DNA from: an uncultured Bdellovibrionales bacterium
GTDB taxonomy: Bacteria; Bdellovibrionota_C; UBA2361; CAYQVO01
NCBI GenBank assembly: GCA_964421085.1
Contig: CAYQVO010000014.1
Coordinates: forward strand, 3,146-67,145
Direction: 5' to 3'
DNA: 64,000 nt
Shown here in pieces: positions 7,725-17,105 of the stretch. The position numbers and the translations under genes are program-made. The first letter of the stretch is position 1; every line of letters starts with the position of its first letter. Below the pieces are notes generated by a model, which ran no database searches, had not been told where the DNA came from, and saw only the letters and a program-made list of their open reading frames with translations.

Positions 7725-9210
7725 AGCATTCGTTGAAGACTTTCTGTCGGCAAGGGACAGGCTCACCGGGCTTAGAGGAGCTTCCATTCTTTCAACTTCG
7801 TCCGGAATAAGGGAGCTCGACCGCGAAATACCGGGGCCGAAGGAGATTCACCTTTTCGACTTCAACGGAATGTCCGACGCAAACCGTTTCGGAATGCGTC
7901 AGAACGTAGATGATTTCCTGCGTGAAATGCCTGAAAGGGTAACAGCTGTCCTGGCCGGGCATGGACTTAACGGGGAGCTGCTCCGGCTTGGCGGCGATGA
8001 ATTCGTTATTGTGCTGGAGCATCGGCCAGGAGCCTCTGAGCGGTGCATGTCGGCAGTCCTGAGGGAACTTCAGAGTCTTCGAGGAGAATGCTTCGATGAT
8101 GATGAGAGGATGAGGGGTGCGGAATGGTTCAACGGCATGAAGAATGCTTTCCGGCAGCTGCGCGCTGAGTACTGCGAAAATCTCAGACCTGGAGAGCATT
8201 TCAGTTTTGAATACTATCGGCAGTTTCTTGATGATAACCCTGAACAGGTTGAAGAAAGAGCGCGGACAGTATCAAGACCTGTAATGAGCGTATGCGCAGC
8301 CGGCCGCCTGATAAAGGAGGACTTTACTGTCGAACGCGTGAATCAGGCTCTTGGTCAGTGCGCATGGTCTGTGCATAGCCTGAAGAAATCGGCGGGAAGA
8401 GGCTGCAGCAGGAGGTCCAGAGTCACTCCTTTGGGGGAGGCCCTTCCCGAAGACCGAACGAGTGAATCATTCGTCCGGGGCGCCGATGCAGCAGAAATAT
8501 GCGGCGCAGATCATCGGCAGGCGGGATATCGGGAGATTATCGAGGGGAAAAAGTGGTTCGAGGCTCATGAAGACTCCTCATATCGGGAGTATGTCGCTCC
8601 ATCCATCGCAACAGCAGATTTCTTTCGGCTCCGGGACAATGTTCTCGAGCAGACAGTTCGTCTTGACTATGCCCGTTCACTCCTTTTGGCCGATTATGTC
8701 GGTCCGAGGTTCAAAAGGAATGCGAAAGGATGCAGGAGAGAGGATCTGCAAAAGAGACCGAAAATCGGGGTTCTCACCATCGATTTGCATTACTTTTCCG
8801 TCTTCAATAATCAGTGGGACTACAGCCGCGCGAACGCACTGATGATTCCGGTAGAGAAAAAACTTCTGGAACTGCACCCCTGGCTTCTCGTCAGAAGTGG
8901 AGGAGGTACTCTTACTGCCATTGTGAACAGAATCCTGAACCTCTCGGGGGAAGAGATCGTGAACGGGATTTCCTCGGCAGTGACAGAGGCTCTTATCCAG
9001 GCGATTGAAGATTCCCCCGAGAAAGACAAGCTCATGGCGGAATGTTATGAGCGGTCTAAGCTTGCTGAGGCGGGAAACGCGAAATTTGGACTTGGCCTGA
9101 AGGTCGATGGTTTTCCGTCGGTGCAGGTCTCATACCGGGAAGAACCAGTTTACAGAGACGGGGGAATGACCGAGAGCCGGGAGGTGGGGGAGCTTTTCCG
9201 GATGAAATAA
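7696..9210 (+). CDS. Tandem nucleotide-cyclase protein: an intact GGDEF domain followed by a degenerate GGDEF-like domain, with no sensor domain
   Basis: 504-aa ORF. Domain 1 reads DRLTGL...HLFDFNGMSDANRFG...LRLGGDEFVIVL, with GGDEF encoded at 7990-8004. Domain 2 reads IGVLTIDLHYFSVFNNQWDYSRAN...LLVRSGGGTLTAIV, with GGGTL at 8899-8913. No RxxD I-site lies upstream of GGDEF. Confidence 0.7.
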   Translation: MMKAAHKHHEAFVEDFLSARDRLTGLRGASILSTSSGIRELDREIPGPKEIHLFDFNGMSDANRFGMRQNVDDFLREMPERVTAVLAGHGLNGELLRLGGDEFVIVLEHRPGASERCMSAVLRELQSLRGECFDDDERMRGAEWFNGMKNAFRQLRAEYCENLRPGEHFSFEYYRQFLDDNPEQVEERARTVSRPVMSVCAAGRLIKEDFTVERVNQALGQCAWSVHSLKKSAGRGCSRRSRVTPLGEALPEDRTSESFVRGADAAEICGADHRQAGYREIIEGKKWFEAHEDSSYREYVAPSIATADFFRLRDNVLEQTVRLDYARSLLLADYVGPRFKRNAKGCRREDLQKRPKIGVLTIDLHYFSVFNNQWDYSRANALMIPVEKKLLELHPWLLVRSGGGTLTAIVNRILNLSGEEIVNGISSAVTEALIQAIEDSPEKDKLMAECYERSKLAEAGNAKFGLGLKVDGFPSVQVSYREEPVYRDGGMTESREVGELFRMK

Positions 9211-9398
9211 CGACAAGCCGGGAATGTCGTAACTGTCACAACTTTCTCACTAAATCCGGCTGGTTTCTCGGAGGTTTGGACTTGTTTTCAGAACGTGATA
9301 TGAGTTGCAGTTATTGACCCGGCGGGTTGCCGGTGACTCTTAAAGTAATGAGGCAAGAATCGGAATAGAGTTTTGCTTATTTTGAAGCGGGGAAGGTT

Positions 9399-9878
9399 AT
9401 GTACTCCGGCGGAATCACATTTCTCATCAACAAATCATTCGGTCGCCTCCAGTTAATCCCGGAAAGTGAAGGTCTCCGTTTCTTTTACGTGCCGGTATTG
9501 GACGGTGTGGATTCTCCTGGTGCTCCCGGCTCCCTTGATCTGCTTGTGCCTCTCGATGCCGTCGGTGGTCTGTGGGCGACGACTAAAGCTTTTCTCTTTG
9601 GTGTCGAGTCACTCGACGAAAATATCATTCTCAAAGGCGGAGAGGGGACGGAAGACTCCGACATACTGATCAAACTGTACCGCGATAAACCGCGGGGCGT
9701 TCACGGCAAACTCACTGGCGAAGAGACCTCATGGCTTCGCATTGTGACCGGCAGATCTGAGGAAGAAAGACGAAGAGTCAAGCTGGGACCGCGTGACCTT
9801 CTCTGTCTTGAACTTGCATGCGCGTCTGTGATGAATCTTGCCGCGGAGACACGCTCGCATAACCCTCAGGCTGCTTAG
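9399..9878 (+). CDS. Hypothetical protein
   Basis: 159-aa ORF with ATG preceded by GGGGAAGG. No motif recognised. Its 3' end overlaps the convergent ORF 9778..11172 by 101 nt. Confidence 0.35.
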   Translation: MYSGGITFLINKSFGRLQLIPESEGLRFFYVPVLDGVDSPGAPGSLDLLVPLDAVGGLWATTKAFLFGVESLDENIILKGGEGTEDSDILIKLYRDKPRGVHGKLTGEETSWLRIVTGRSEEERRRVKLGPRDLLCLELACASVMNLAAETRSHNPQAA

Positions 9879-11172
9879 GCCGGAGGACGGAAGCCGCATG
9901 AATAATTTTTCGCCTCTGCAGCGAGTTCATCGCTGCAATCGATAAAAGTCCTCCAAGCAGCATGAGAAATGTTCGTTCCTCAAGTATGTTGTGGGTGAAA
10001 AAACCTCCCAGAAAAACGACCAGTATGAATGCTTTTCCCTGATGCAGTCTTTCTTCGCGGAACTTGATAAATGCGGTGAGAAGCAGAGCGACGTAAGCAA
10101 GCAGACCGAAAAGCCCGTTGTTCAACCACTGGTTGAGATAGATATTGTGCGGCAGCACCTCGAGTCTGCGCGAAAAGCCCGTGCCTCGACCCATGACAGG
10201 AGCTTTTTGAATGTGCTTCAGGGCGTCGAAAACCGCGCCGAGTCTCGCTGAACTGGAATCGTCCTCGATGGTGCCGGCCGAAAAATAACGCACGAACCTG
10301 GATTCGCGCGCTGAAAGGGCGGTCGAGGTCTCGAGGACGTAGGAACCTCCGCTGAAAAGCATGCTGATGACAAATAACGGGCCTAACAGAAGGACGAAGA
10401 CACGCTTCACATCGATCTTTCCCCGGGAAAGTCCGCATATTGCGTAGTAAAGAAACAGAGCGACAAAGCACAGCATTCCGCTTCGCGATTGAGTCATGAA
10501 GACACCAAGTCCCGATGCGGTCAGGACCGGAAAATCCTGCCATCCGTAACGCTTCGGTTCATATGCGAGTACGGAGGCACAGAGCATGTTGACGACGAGC
10601 GCGCCGAAATTTGAGTTTCCGGGAAATCCGCCTGCACGTCCGCCGATTATCGAAAAAAAGCCCGGGTTGTGAAGATCATAGACCAGCGACCCGAGAACGA
10701 GAGCGAGTGATACAAAAGCCGCGGTCCGGAAAGCCGATCTTATGGAAGGCAGAATCACGACCACGAATGAAAAAAAGAAAATCAGAAACCCGTACGATAT
10801 GAGGAAAATCCAGCGGCTCTCTTCGCCCCAGAATGATGTGCTTACGAACCCCCCGGCAAGCGACATTGCCGCGAGAAACAGGAATGAATAGATCACGGCC
10901 CGGGCCTCTATGAAAAGGCTGAAGAGTTCACTGAAAGGCTTCTTCTGAAGGAGCTGCCGCATGATTACCAGAAAAATAAACGGAAGCATGAGAAGCGGAG
11001 CCGCCGCAGTCGGCGCAAGGGGAAACCGGCCGTTCCGTCCCAGGGCGAGATCCGCAACGCTCAGGAAAAGCGCAAATACTGATATGGCCGCCAGCCCTGT
11101 AAGGAACGAAAAGGCTTTTTCAGTGAGCCGGGCGCTTGCGTTCCTGATGGACATCGTAATCTCCCTGCACAA
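9778..11172 (-). CDS. O-antigen ligase / polymerase-like (Wzy_C family) polytopic membrane protein
   Basis: 464-aa ORF with many TM segments. The loop motif FMTQSRSGMLCFVALFLYY is typical of the O-antigen ligase family. Confidence 0.7.
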   Translation of the reverse strand: MCREITMSIRNASARLTEKAFSFLTGLAAISVFALFLSVADLALGRNGRFPLAPTAAAPLLMLPFIFLVIMRQLLQKKPFSELFSLFIEARAVIYSFLFLAAMSLAGGFVSTSFWGEESRWIFLISYGFLIFFFSFVVVILPSIRSAFRTAAFVSLALVLGSLVYDLHNPGFFSIIGGRAGGFPGNSNFGALVVNMLCASVLAYEPKRYGWQDFPVLTASGLGVFMTQSRSGMLCFVALFLYYAICGLSRGKIDVKRVFVLLLGPLFVISMLFSGGSYVLETSTALSARESRFVRYFSAGTIEDDSSSARLGAVFDALKHIQKAPVMGRGTGFSRRLEVLPHNIYLNQWLNNGLFGLLAYVALLLTAFIKFREERLHQGKAFILVVFLGGFFTHNILEERTFLMLLGGLLSIAAMNSLQRRKIIHAASVLRPKQPEGYASVSPRQDSSQTRMQVQDREGHAVPA

Positions 11173-11232
11173 TGGAAATCCGGGCGCATACCCTCATTTT
11201 GCGACGTGAAACGGACCTGGCGGCCGAATCGC

Positions 11233-11266
11233 AATTTGACCGATAACGTTACTTATCGGTCAAATT
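11233..11266. promoter_or_regulatory. Perfect 14-bp inverted repeat (AATTTGACCGATAA-N6-TTATCGGTCAAATT), candidate operator
   Basis: Read directly from the sequence. It lies in the 328-bp divergent intergenic region between 9778..11172 (-) and 11519..11977 (+). Confidence 0.4.
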
Positions 11267-11518
11267 TAGAATTGCCGGACCCCCTGAAAAAAGCCCTGCC
11301 CCGCCCGTTTTTCAAAACCTTCCGGCAGGGCCGACATTTCTCGAACAGGAATTCGTGTACCGGAATTTCACGAATAAGATCATGACCACAGTCATCCCCC
11401 AGGATTTTGTTAAAGAACGGCGATCGGAAACTCGGGGGTTTTGCGGAAACTTTTGATTAAAAACCCCCGGCATCGAGAGTAAATAGTCGGAAAGAATCTG
11501 TTGACACGGAGGGTGGAT

Positions 11519-11977
11519 ATGAAACTTGCTATCTGGTGTATCGCACTTGGTGCGCTGCTTTCGGGTCCTGGTCGCGCGCAGGCCGCTTCTTACAATGGAA
11601 TCTGGAATTTCAGCATGAGAGCCGTTCAGTCGAGCTGCCCGTCGGAGGTTGTGAAGGTTGGCGACTCGAAGGGGGTTTCGCTGAATTTTGAACAGAGTAA
11701 AAAAGTATTGAGCGCCGTGCCGGCGGTCGTGGGCGTGGACGAACCCTACAGGGGATATGTGACGAGGAATGGAATCATCATGAGCCTCGGTTCCTCCTGC
11801 ATTCCCGCGCCTTCGGGCACCTGCGACACGCGTTCCGATTCGTTTACTTTCACGAATTCAAGCAAAAAATCGACGAAGGTGGTCTGGATTAACGTAACGA
11901 GAGACAGCGCGAACCAGTTCGTCTGCTCGACGGTTTATTCCGGAACTGCGAGGAAGAAAAAAGCGAAAAAGAAATAA
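11519..11977 (+). CDS. Small secreted protein with a lysine-rich C-terminus
   Basis: The ORF track starts at TTG 11501. The ATG at 11519 follows GGAGGG (11508-11513) and gives the signal peptide MKLAIWCIALGALLSGPGRAQA. The C-terminus is ARKKKAKKK. Confidence 0.55.
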   Translation: MKLAIWCIALGALLSGPGRAQAASYNGIWNFSMRAVQSSCPSEVVKVGDSKGVSLNFEQSKKVLSAVPAVVGVDEPYRGYVTRNGIIMSLGSSCIPAPSGTCDTRSDSFTFTNSSKKSTKVVWINVTRDSANQFVCSTVYSGTARKKKAKKK

Positions 11978-12024
11978 GCGGAGCTCCGGCCTTCTCTCGC
12001 TCTGCAGAGGAGCGCCTCCTCCTC

Positions 12025-12459
12025 TCACTTCACTTCAACGTGCACCGGTGTCGGATTGCTTGTATTCTCGGACACCGGGCATCTCGCTTCGACGTCGGCA
12101 ATAAATTCTTTTTTTTGTTCCAGATCGAGATCGGCGTCGATTTCCATGGTGATTGTAAAGCCCTGGAATCCCGACCTCGCGCCCTGATTTTTTCCGAGAA
12201 GCACATCCGTATCGAGGTCTCCTGAAACGGTCGCCTCAATTCCCCGCAGGTTGATTCCCTTCTGCTTTGCGATGATTCGGGCGATTGAGCAGATACATCC
12301 CCCAAGTGCGAACTGGTAATACTCGAGCGGTGTGGGCCCTGCATCCGAACCACCGGCAACGGCGGGCTGGTCGATTACAAGGGTGTGGTTACGGGCGACA
12401 GCTTCGATTTTCATCCCCGCGCCCATGCGGGTCGTTACAGAAACATTTTTTACCGGCAT
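12025..12459 (-). CDS. osmC: OsmC/Ohr-family peroxiredoxin-like protein
   Basis: 144-aa ORF containing GGSDAGPTPLEYYQFALGGCICS and ARCPVSE, the two conserved Cys regions of the OsmC family. Confidence 0.8.
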   Translation of the reverse strand: MPVKNVSVTTRMGAGMKIEAVARNHTLVIDQPAVAGGSDAGPTPLEYYQFALGGCICSIARIIAKQKGINLRGIEATVSGDLDTDVLLGKNQGARSGFQGFTITMEIDADLDLEQKKEFIADVEARCPVSENTSNPTPVHVEVK

Positions 12460-12647
12460 TCACATTCTCTTTAAAATCTCAAGTCGACTATTTCAGCTTA
12501 TCTCATGCCGGGAGAAATTGCGATATTCGTTGCGGCCTGAAACTCTTTCCGGCGGCAAAAAAATCCCCTGCCCCCGTGAGGCGGTTGCTCATTATTCCAC
12601 GACTCTGTCATCTGGACAGTCTGGCTGTATCTATCGTAAAAGCACTT

Positions 12648-14189
12648 ATGCCTTCCGGGACAGCGCGAAGATTTGAGAATATCTGTGATGACTGCATAAG
12701 GCATTTGTGTTCCCCTGCGGGAATCATCATATCCACGTTCTCAGTCCTTGCCGCGGGACTTCTTCTTAATCCTCCTGCGGATCCGGATCTTTTTGCGAGA
12801 GTTGCGGTGGGACGTCTCATTTCCCGCGATGGCGTATATCTTTTCGATCCGTTTGCTTTCACCCCTCGAAAACCGCTTTTTATCGATCACGAATGGTTCG
12901 CAGGATACCTCTTCTACTGGATAACGAGGATTGGCGGAGATCGGGGTATCGTCTTTTTTTCCCTTTTCACAGTTTTCCTTTCCATCTGGTTTCTTCACCG
13001 GGCGGCGACGGCTTATCTTTCGAATTCCCGGGCTGTTTTTTCCCCCTGTTTCTTTTTCGGAGTCCTGCAGTGCGGCTACATCTGGGGAAGTTTTGTCAGA
13101 TCGCAGGTAATCACCTACCTGTTTCTTCCCGTCATATTTCTTGGAATCGCGCTTTTTGAACGTAAAGGCGACCGCCGTGTCATGCTTCTATTTCCCCTGA
13201 TCATGCTCGTCTGGGCGAACTCTCACGGAGGTTTCGTCACAGGATTTGCATTTACGGGCCTGTATCTGCCGGTCCTTTTAATCAGGAGAGAATGGAATAA
13301 GGCTTTTTTCACCGGAATTGTGTTTATGGCGATGCTTGCGGTTACCGCGGTTAATCCCTACGGACCGGCTGTCTTCTGGTCCTTTGTTGTTGATGCTGTT
13401 TCGATGCCGCGCCCCTCTATTTCTGAATGGAGGCCGCTGCTTCCCGATACTCCGGGGAATTTCCTGAATTATCTTTATTTCAGCGTCGTCATCGCCGGCA
13501 TTTTCCTTACCAGGGGAAAACTGCTGCCGGTTCTGTTTCTCGCCGTTTCGCTCTGGCAGGGGATCGCTCACATGCGTCTTCTGGCGATACCTTCCATGGC
13601 GGCGATGGTTTTTTTCGAGGAGGAATTCGAAGCAGCGGCGCGGAAGTTCCTGAAGGTCCCCCGCGCATTCATCGGCGCATTTGCCTTCACCGTTGCGGGA
13701 CTTACTATTGCGGCAGCCTGTTTCGCCCTTTTCAGAACTGCGTCCCTGCCCCGCACTGTTCTTGACTATTCGGCATTTCCCGTTGAGGCGACGGAGTGGC
13801 TTCGAACATCAGGACTCAAAGGAAATCTTCTTGTCGATTTCAACAAGGGAAGTTTTGCGATGTGGAGGCTCTATCCCAGGTTCCTGATATCCCTCGACGG
13901 CAGATACGAGGAGGTATATCCGGAAGAGACAGTCCGCAGTGTGTCAGAAGCGCTCGAGCCTGAAAGTGAGGGCTTTCTTAAATCCTTCGAAGAAATTGCA
14001 CCCGACTTTGTGCTGCTGGGGACAGGAGAGATCGTGAGAAAAGCCCTCAGTCTTCTTCCGCACGAGTGGCGTGTTTTCAAGTCGGCAGGGCGTTTCACCG
14101 TGCTTGGAAAAGGAACACCTCCTCCCCCGGGTCCGCTGATGCCTGAGAATGGCGAGAATGGTGTCGACACCTGGAAGCCGCTTTTCTGA
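12648..14189 (+). CDS. Polytopic membrane protein, GT-C-like glycosyltransferase candidate
   Basis: The ORF track gives 12285..14189, but its first 120 codons are antisense to osmC. The ATG at 12648 is the first start clear of osmC. Many TM helices are followed by a soluble C-terminal domain. Confidence 0.55.
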   Translation: MPSGTARRFENICDDCIRHLCSPAGIIISTFSVLAAGLLLNPPADPDLFARVAVGRLISRDGVYLFDPFAFTPRKPLFIDHEWFAGYLFYWITRIGGDRGIVFFSLFTVFLSIWFLHRAATAYLSNSRAVFSPCFFFGVLQCGYIWGSFVRSQVITYLFLPVIFLGIALFERKGDRRVMLLFPLIMLVWANSHGGFVTGFAFTGLYLPVLLIRREWNKAFFTGIVFMAMLAVTAVNPYGPAVFWSFVVDAVSMPRPSISEWRPLLPDTPGNFLNYLYFSVVIAGIFLTRGKLLPVLFLAVSLWQGIAHMRLLAIPSMAAMVFFEEEFEAAARKFLKVPRAFIGAFAFTVAGLTIAAACFALFRTASLPRTVLDYSAFPVEATEWLRTSGLKGNLLVDFNKGSFAMWRLYPRFLISLDGRYEEVYPEETVRSVSEALEPESEGFLKSFEEIAPDFVLLGTGEIVRKALSLLPHEWRVFKSAGRFTVLGKGTPPPPGPLMPENGENGVDTWKPLF

Positions 14190-14311
14190 CGGAGATAAAT
14201 CAAAGGGCTGATTCTGCCCCGCCCTGGCGGGGCCAACTTCGGTCTTTACGGCCGTGATTTCCGGCTTTAGAGTTGAATCAGGCTTAAGAATGTCCTCGAT
14301 GGAGCTCGATC

Positions 14312-14944
14312 ATGGTCACGCAGCAACGTAACGCTTTCAAGGTTGCTTCACTTTTTGCCGTTTGCATCGCATCTTTTTTTCTTATCACCTGCGGCGGTGG
14401 CGGCGGGGGCAGCGACTTTCCGGCGGCAGCGGAGGTGAAGATCCATGTCAGGCCTAATAAAATCGACCCGGGCGACCACCTGCTTGCTACAATCCTCGTA
14501 TGGAATGTGCGTCCTGAAGGAATTCTGCTCAAGATCCGGTATCCCGAGAACATCGCGTATGTGGAGAACTCAGGAAGGTTTGCGATTAATGGCGAGGTTT
14601 ACGGGCTTATGCCTGCGCTCATCGAATCAGACGGCACGAATGTTTACCTCATTTATTCCTTTAATCAGAGCGATTTTGGGGAGCACGGGCAGGATCAGGC
14701 GACAATCACCCTTGAGCTGGAGGCAATGAACGGTGGGGTAGATGGGAAAGTCGAAGTAGATCCATTTGTCAGGGAGCCCGGCAAGAGTGTTGAAGAGCAG
14801 TTTGACATAGCAAATCCGCTGTTCGGACCGAAGGATGGGGACGTAGTCAAGGTGAGCGGAACACCGGTTCCTGCCACTGCGACGCCCACAGAGATCCCGA
14901 CTGCGGCGCCTTCGGCCGCGCCGAGTAATACGCCCGCCGAATGA
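14312..14944 (+). CDS. Probable lipoprotein with a beta-sandwich-like domain and a Pro/Thr/Ala-rich tail
   Basis: 210-aa ORF with signal and lipobox-like FFLITCGGGGGG. The C-terminus is TPVPATATPTEIPTAAPSAAPSNTPAE. Confidence 0.55.
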   Translation: MVTQQRNAFKVASLFAVCIASFFLITCGGGGGGSDFPAAAEVKIHVRPNKIDPGDHLLATILVWNVRPEGILLKIRYPENIAYVENSGRFAINGEVYGLMPALIESDGTNVYLIYSFNQSDFGEHGQDQATITLELEAMNGGVDGKVEVDPFVREPGKSVEEQFDIANPLFGPKDGDVVKVSGTPVPATATPTEIPTAAPSAAPSNTPAE

Positions 14945-14956
14945 TACGCGCTCGAA

Positions 14957-15781
14957 TCAGACGTTCTTCAGCGACTCGATTGCCTGCGATATTTCCACTT
15001 CTTCGGGCCTGCGCTTTTTGAAGTAAGTGATGCGCGTGCAGCCCGCTTTCGCTGCAGCTTCGAGAGCTCCCTGAAAACCATCTGCCACGCGCTCCGGTTC
15101 GTGGGCATCAGATCCCAGCGTTATCTTTATGTCACGTTTACACGCCTCTTTGAGCATGAAGGGCGAAGGTTGAAGCTCCGGGTATGCCTTATACGGACCT
15201 GACGTATTGATTTCGAGCGCCGTTCCGGTCTGAGCGATTCGATCCAGGCTTTCACAGACCGGTTCCTCCATTCTTTCCGGATCCCAGTCACCGGGGAAAA
15301 TGCATTTAACGAGGTCGGGATGAGACAGCGAGTCATAAAGGCCGGATTCGGCAGCTTCCGCGATATGCCGGAAATAATACCTCTGAAACTCATCGATACC
15401 TTCTTTCAGGTATCTCTCCTGGTAATCAGGGATGAACGGATGGACGCTTCCGAGTATAAAATCGAACGGCGCCATTGAATGAAGCCTCTCGATCCATGGT
15501 TCAAATCCCGGAAAGAAATCGCTCTCGAGACCGAGCAGAACATCGACTGTGCCGGCCCACTTTGCCCGTGTTCTTTCAATTAGCTCAACGTAGTCTGCGA
15601 GCTCATCAACCTGCATCCGGAGCCCGGCCTCTTCCCAGTCCGGAACAGGTCCATGACATGTGAAGGTAATTCCTCTCAGGCCGGCCTCAAAAGCGTGGCG
15701 GACATATTCTTCCGGCATGCCGGATGCGTGACGGCAGAAGGTGGTATGGGTATGACAATCATATAAAACGCGCTGCGCCAT
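14957..15781 (-). CDS. Histidinol-phosphatase, PHP (HisJ) family
   Basis: 274-aa ORF with the N-terminal CHTHTTFCRHASG metal-binding motif and PHP-domain His/Asp pattern along its length (GSVHP, LSHPD, GSDAH). Confidence 0.8.
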   Translation of the reverse strand: MAQRVLYDCHTHTTFCRHASGMPEEYVRHAFEAGLRGITFTCHGPVPDWEEAGLRMQVDELADYVELIERTRAKWAGTVDVLLGLESDFFPGFEPWIERLHSMAPFDFILGSVHPFIPDYQERYLKEGIDEFQRYYFRHIAEAAESGLYDSLSHPDLVKCIFPGDWDPERMEEPVCESLDRIAQTGTALEINTSGPYKAYPELQPSPFMLKEACKRDIKITLGSDAHEPERVADGFQGALEAAAKAGCTRITYFKKRRPEEVEISQAIESLKNV

Positions 15782-15839
15782 GCTCGAAGCATATCAGATG
15801 ACGGAAGTATCAGCGAACCGGAGTTCACGAGCGGTTGAA

Positions 15840-17018
15840 TCACACCTTAAGCTCGATTATCCGTGAAAGGGCTTCTTCGAGGACAGCATCTGGATACGTA
15901 AGCGAAATGCGGAAATATCCCTCACCCCACTGCCCGTATCCAAGCCCGGGAGTAACAGCGACCCCTGTCTTCTCGAGAAGTTCGGTGGCGAACGCTCCGC
16001 TTGAGCCTTTGAACTTCTCAGGAACCTGCGCCCATATATAGATCGTTCCTTTGGGTTTCTCGATATCCCAGCCGTTCCTGTTCAACGTCTCTACCACAAG
16101 ATTGCGCCGGCGCCTGTATACCTCGTTTATCTTCGGGAGAAGAGATTCCGACTGTGAAAGAGCCTTTGCAGCCGCGAACTGAACGGCTCTAAGAGTGCCG
16201 TTGTCGATATTGTCCTTTGTGGTGGAAAGGGCTTTCACGGCAGACGTGTTTCCAGCGACGATTCCTGTCCGCCAGCCTGTCATGTTGAACGCCTTGCTGA
16301 GGCTGAAGAATTCCACGGCAACTTCCGAAGCTCCATCGACCTGAAGCATGCTCGGCGAAACATACCCGTCATAAGTGTTCTCAGTGTAGGCCGCGTCATG
16401 GCATATCAGAATATTGTTGTTCCTTGCGAACTCCACTGCCCTCTTGAAGTAGTCCAGAGAGGCGACAGCCGTCGTCGGGTTGTTCGGGTAATTCAGCCAC
16501 ATGATTCTGGCAAGCCGGCATACCTCCTTCGGGATTGAATCGAAGTCGACCAGAAACGCGTTTTGTTTCAGAAGCGGAGTGTAAAAAGTATTCGAACTTG
16601 TGAACACGTGTCCGATGTTGTAGGTGGGATAACCTGGACTTGGCGCTATTCCGATGTCGCCCGGGTTCATGACAGCGAGGCAGAACTGAACAATCGCATC
16701 CTTGCTTCCGGTCGTGGTCACGATCTGATCCTGCGCAAGCGATACTCCGAACCGCCTCCTGTAAAAAGAAGCGGCTTCTTCTTTGAACTGTTCGACGGGG
16801 ACATCGCAGCCGTAACGGTGGCGGTTAATATCTTCAGGATCATCGACGGCGCGAATAAGTTCCTTCACGATGGGATCCGGTGCGGGCTGGTCGGGGTCAC
16901 CTATGCCGAGCGTTATGACCCTGATCCCCTTCTCTCTCACCGCAGCCATTTTTCTGCGCAGATCCGCGAATAAATACGGAGGCAGTTTTTCAAGACGCTG
17001 GGCAACGGGCAGTTCCAT
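15840..17018 (-). CDS. dapL: LL-diaminopimelate aminotransferase-like class I aminotransferase
   Basis: 392-aa ORF containing KLPPYLFA, ITLGIGDPD, NYPNNPT and the PLP-lysine motif FSLSKAFNMTGWRTG. Confidence 0.75.
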   Translation of the reverse strand: MELPVAQRLEKLPPYLFADLRRKMAAVREKGIRVITLGIGDPDQPAPDPIVKELIRAVDDPEDINRHRYGCDVPVEQFKEEAASFYRRRFGVSLAQDQIVTTTGSKDAIVQFCLAVMNPGDIGIAPSPGYPTYNIGHVFTSSNTFYTPLLKQNAFLVDFDSIPKEVCRLARIMWLNYPNNPTTAVASLDYFKRAVEFARNNNILICHDAAYTENTYDGYVSPSMLQVDGASEVAVEFFSLSKAFNMTGWRTGIVAGNTSAVKALSTTKDNIDNGTLRAVQFAAAKALSQSESLLPKINEVYRRRRNLVVETLNRNGWDIEKPKGTIYIWAQVPEKFKGSSGAFATELLEKTGVAVTPGLGYGQWGEGYFRISLTYPDAVLEEALSRIIELKV

Positions 17019-17105
17019 TCTTTACTCCTGTTTAGTCAACACACCTGAATCAAGAGTATGTATTTCCCCGGGAGAAGGTCAAGAAAGCTGAGAAAAAATG
17101 GAACG

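Noticed and set aside
9399-9878. Possible PilZ c-di-GMP receptor next to the GGDEF gene
   Set aside because: The only RxxxR-like stretch (EERRRV) is near the C-terminus with no following DxSxxG element, so the PilZ signature is absent.
12285-12647. N-terminal 121 codons of ORF 12285..14189
   Set aside because: This part overlaps the OsmC gene on the other strand and is Arg/Pro/Cys-rich nonsense. The membrane protein more likely starts at ATG 12648.
14216-14233. GC-rich hairpin GCCCCGCC..GGCGGGGC downstream of the 12648..14189 gene as a terminator
   Set aside because: The stem is only 7 bp with a minimal loop and no following T-run. That is too weak to call.
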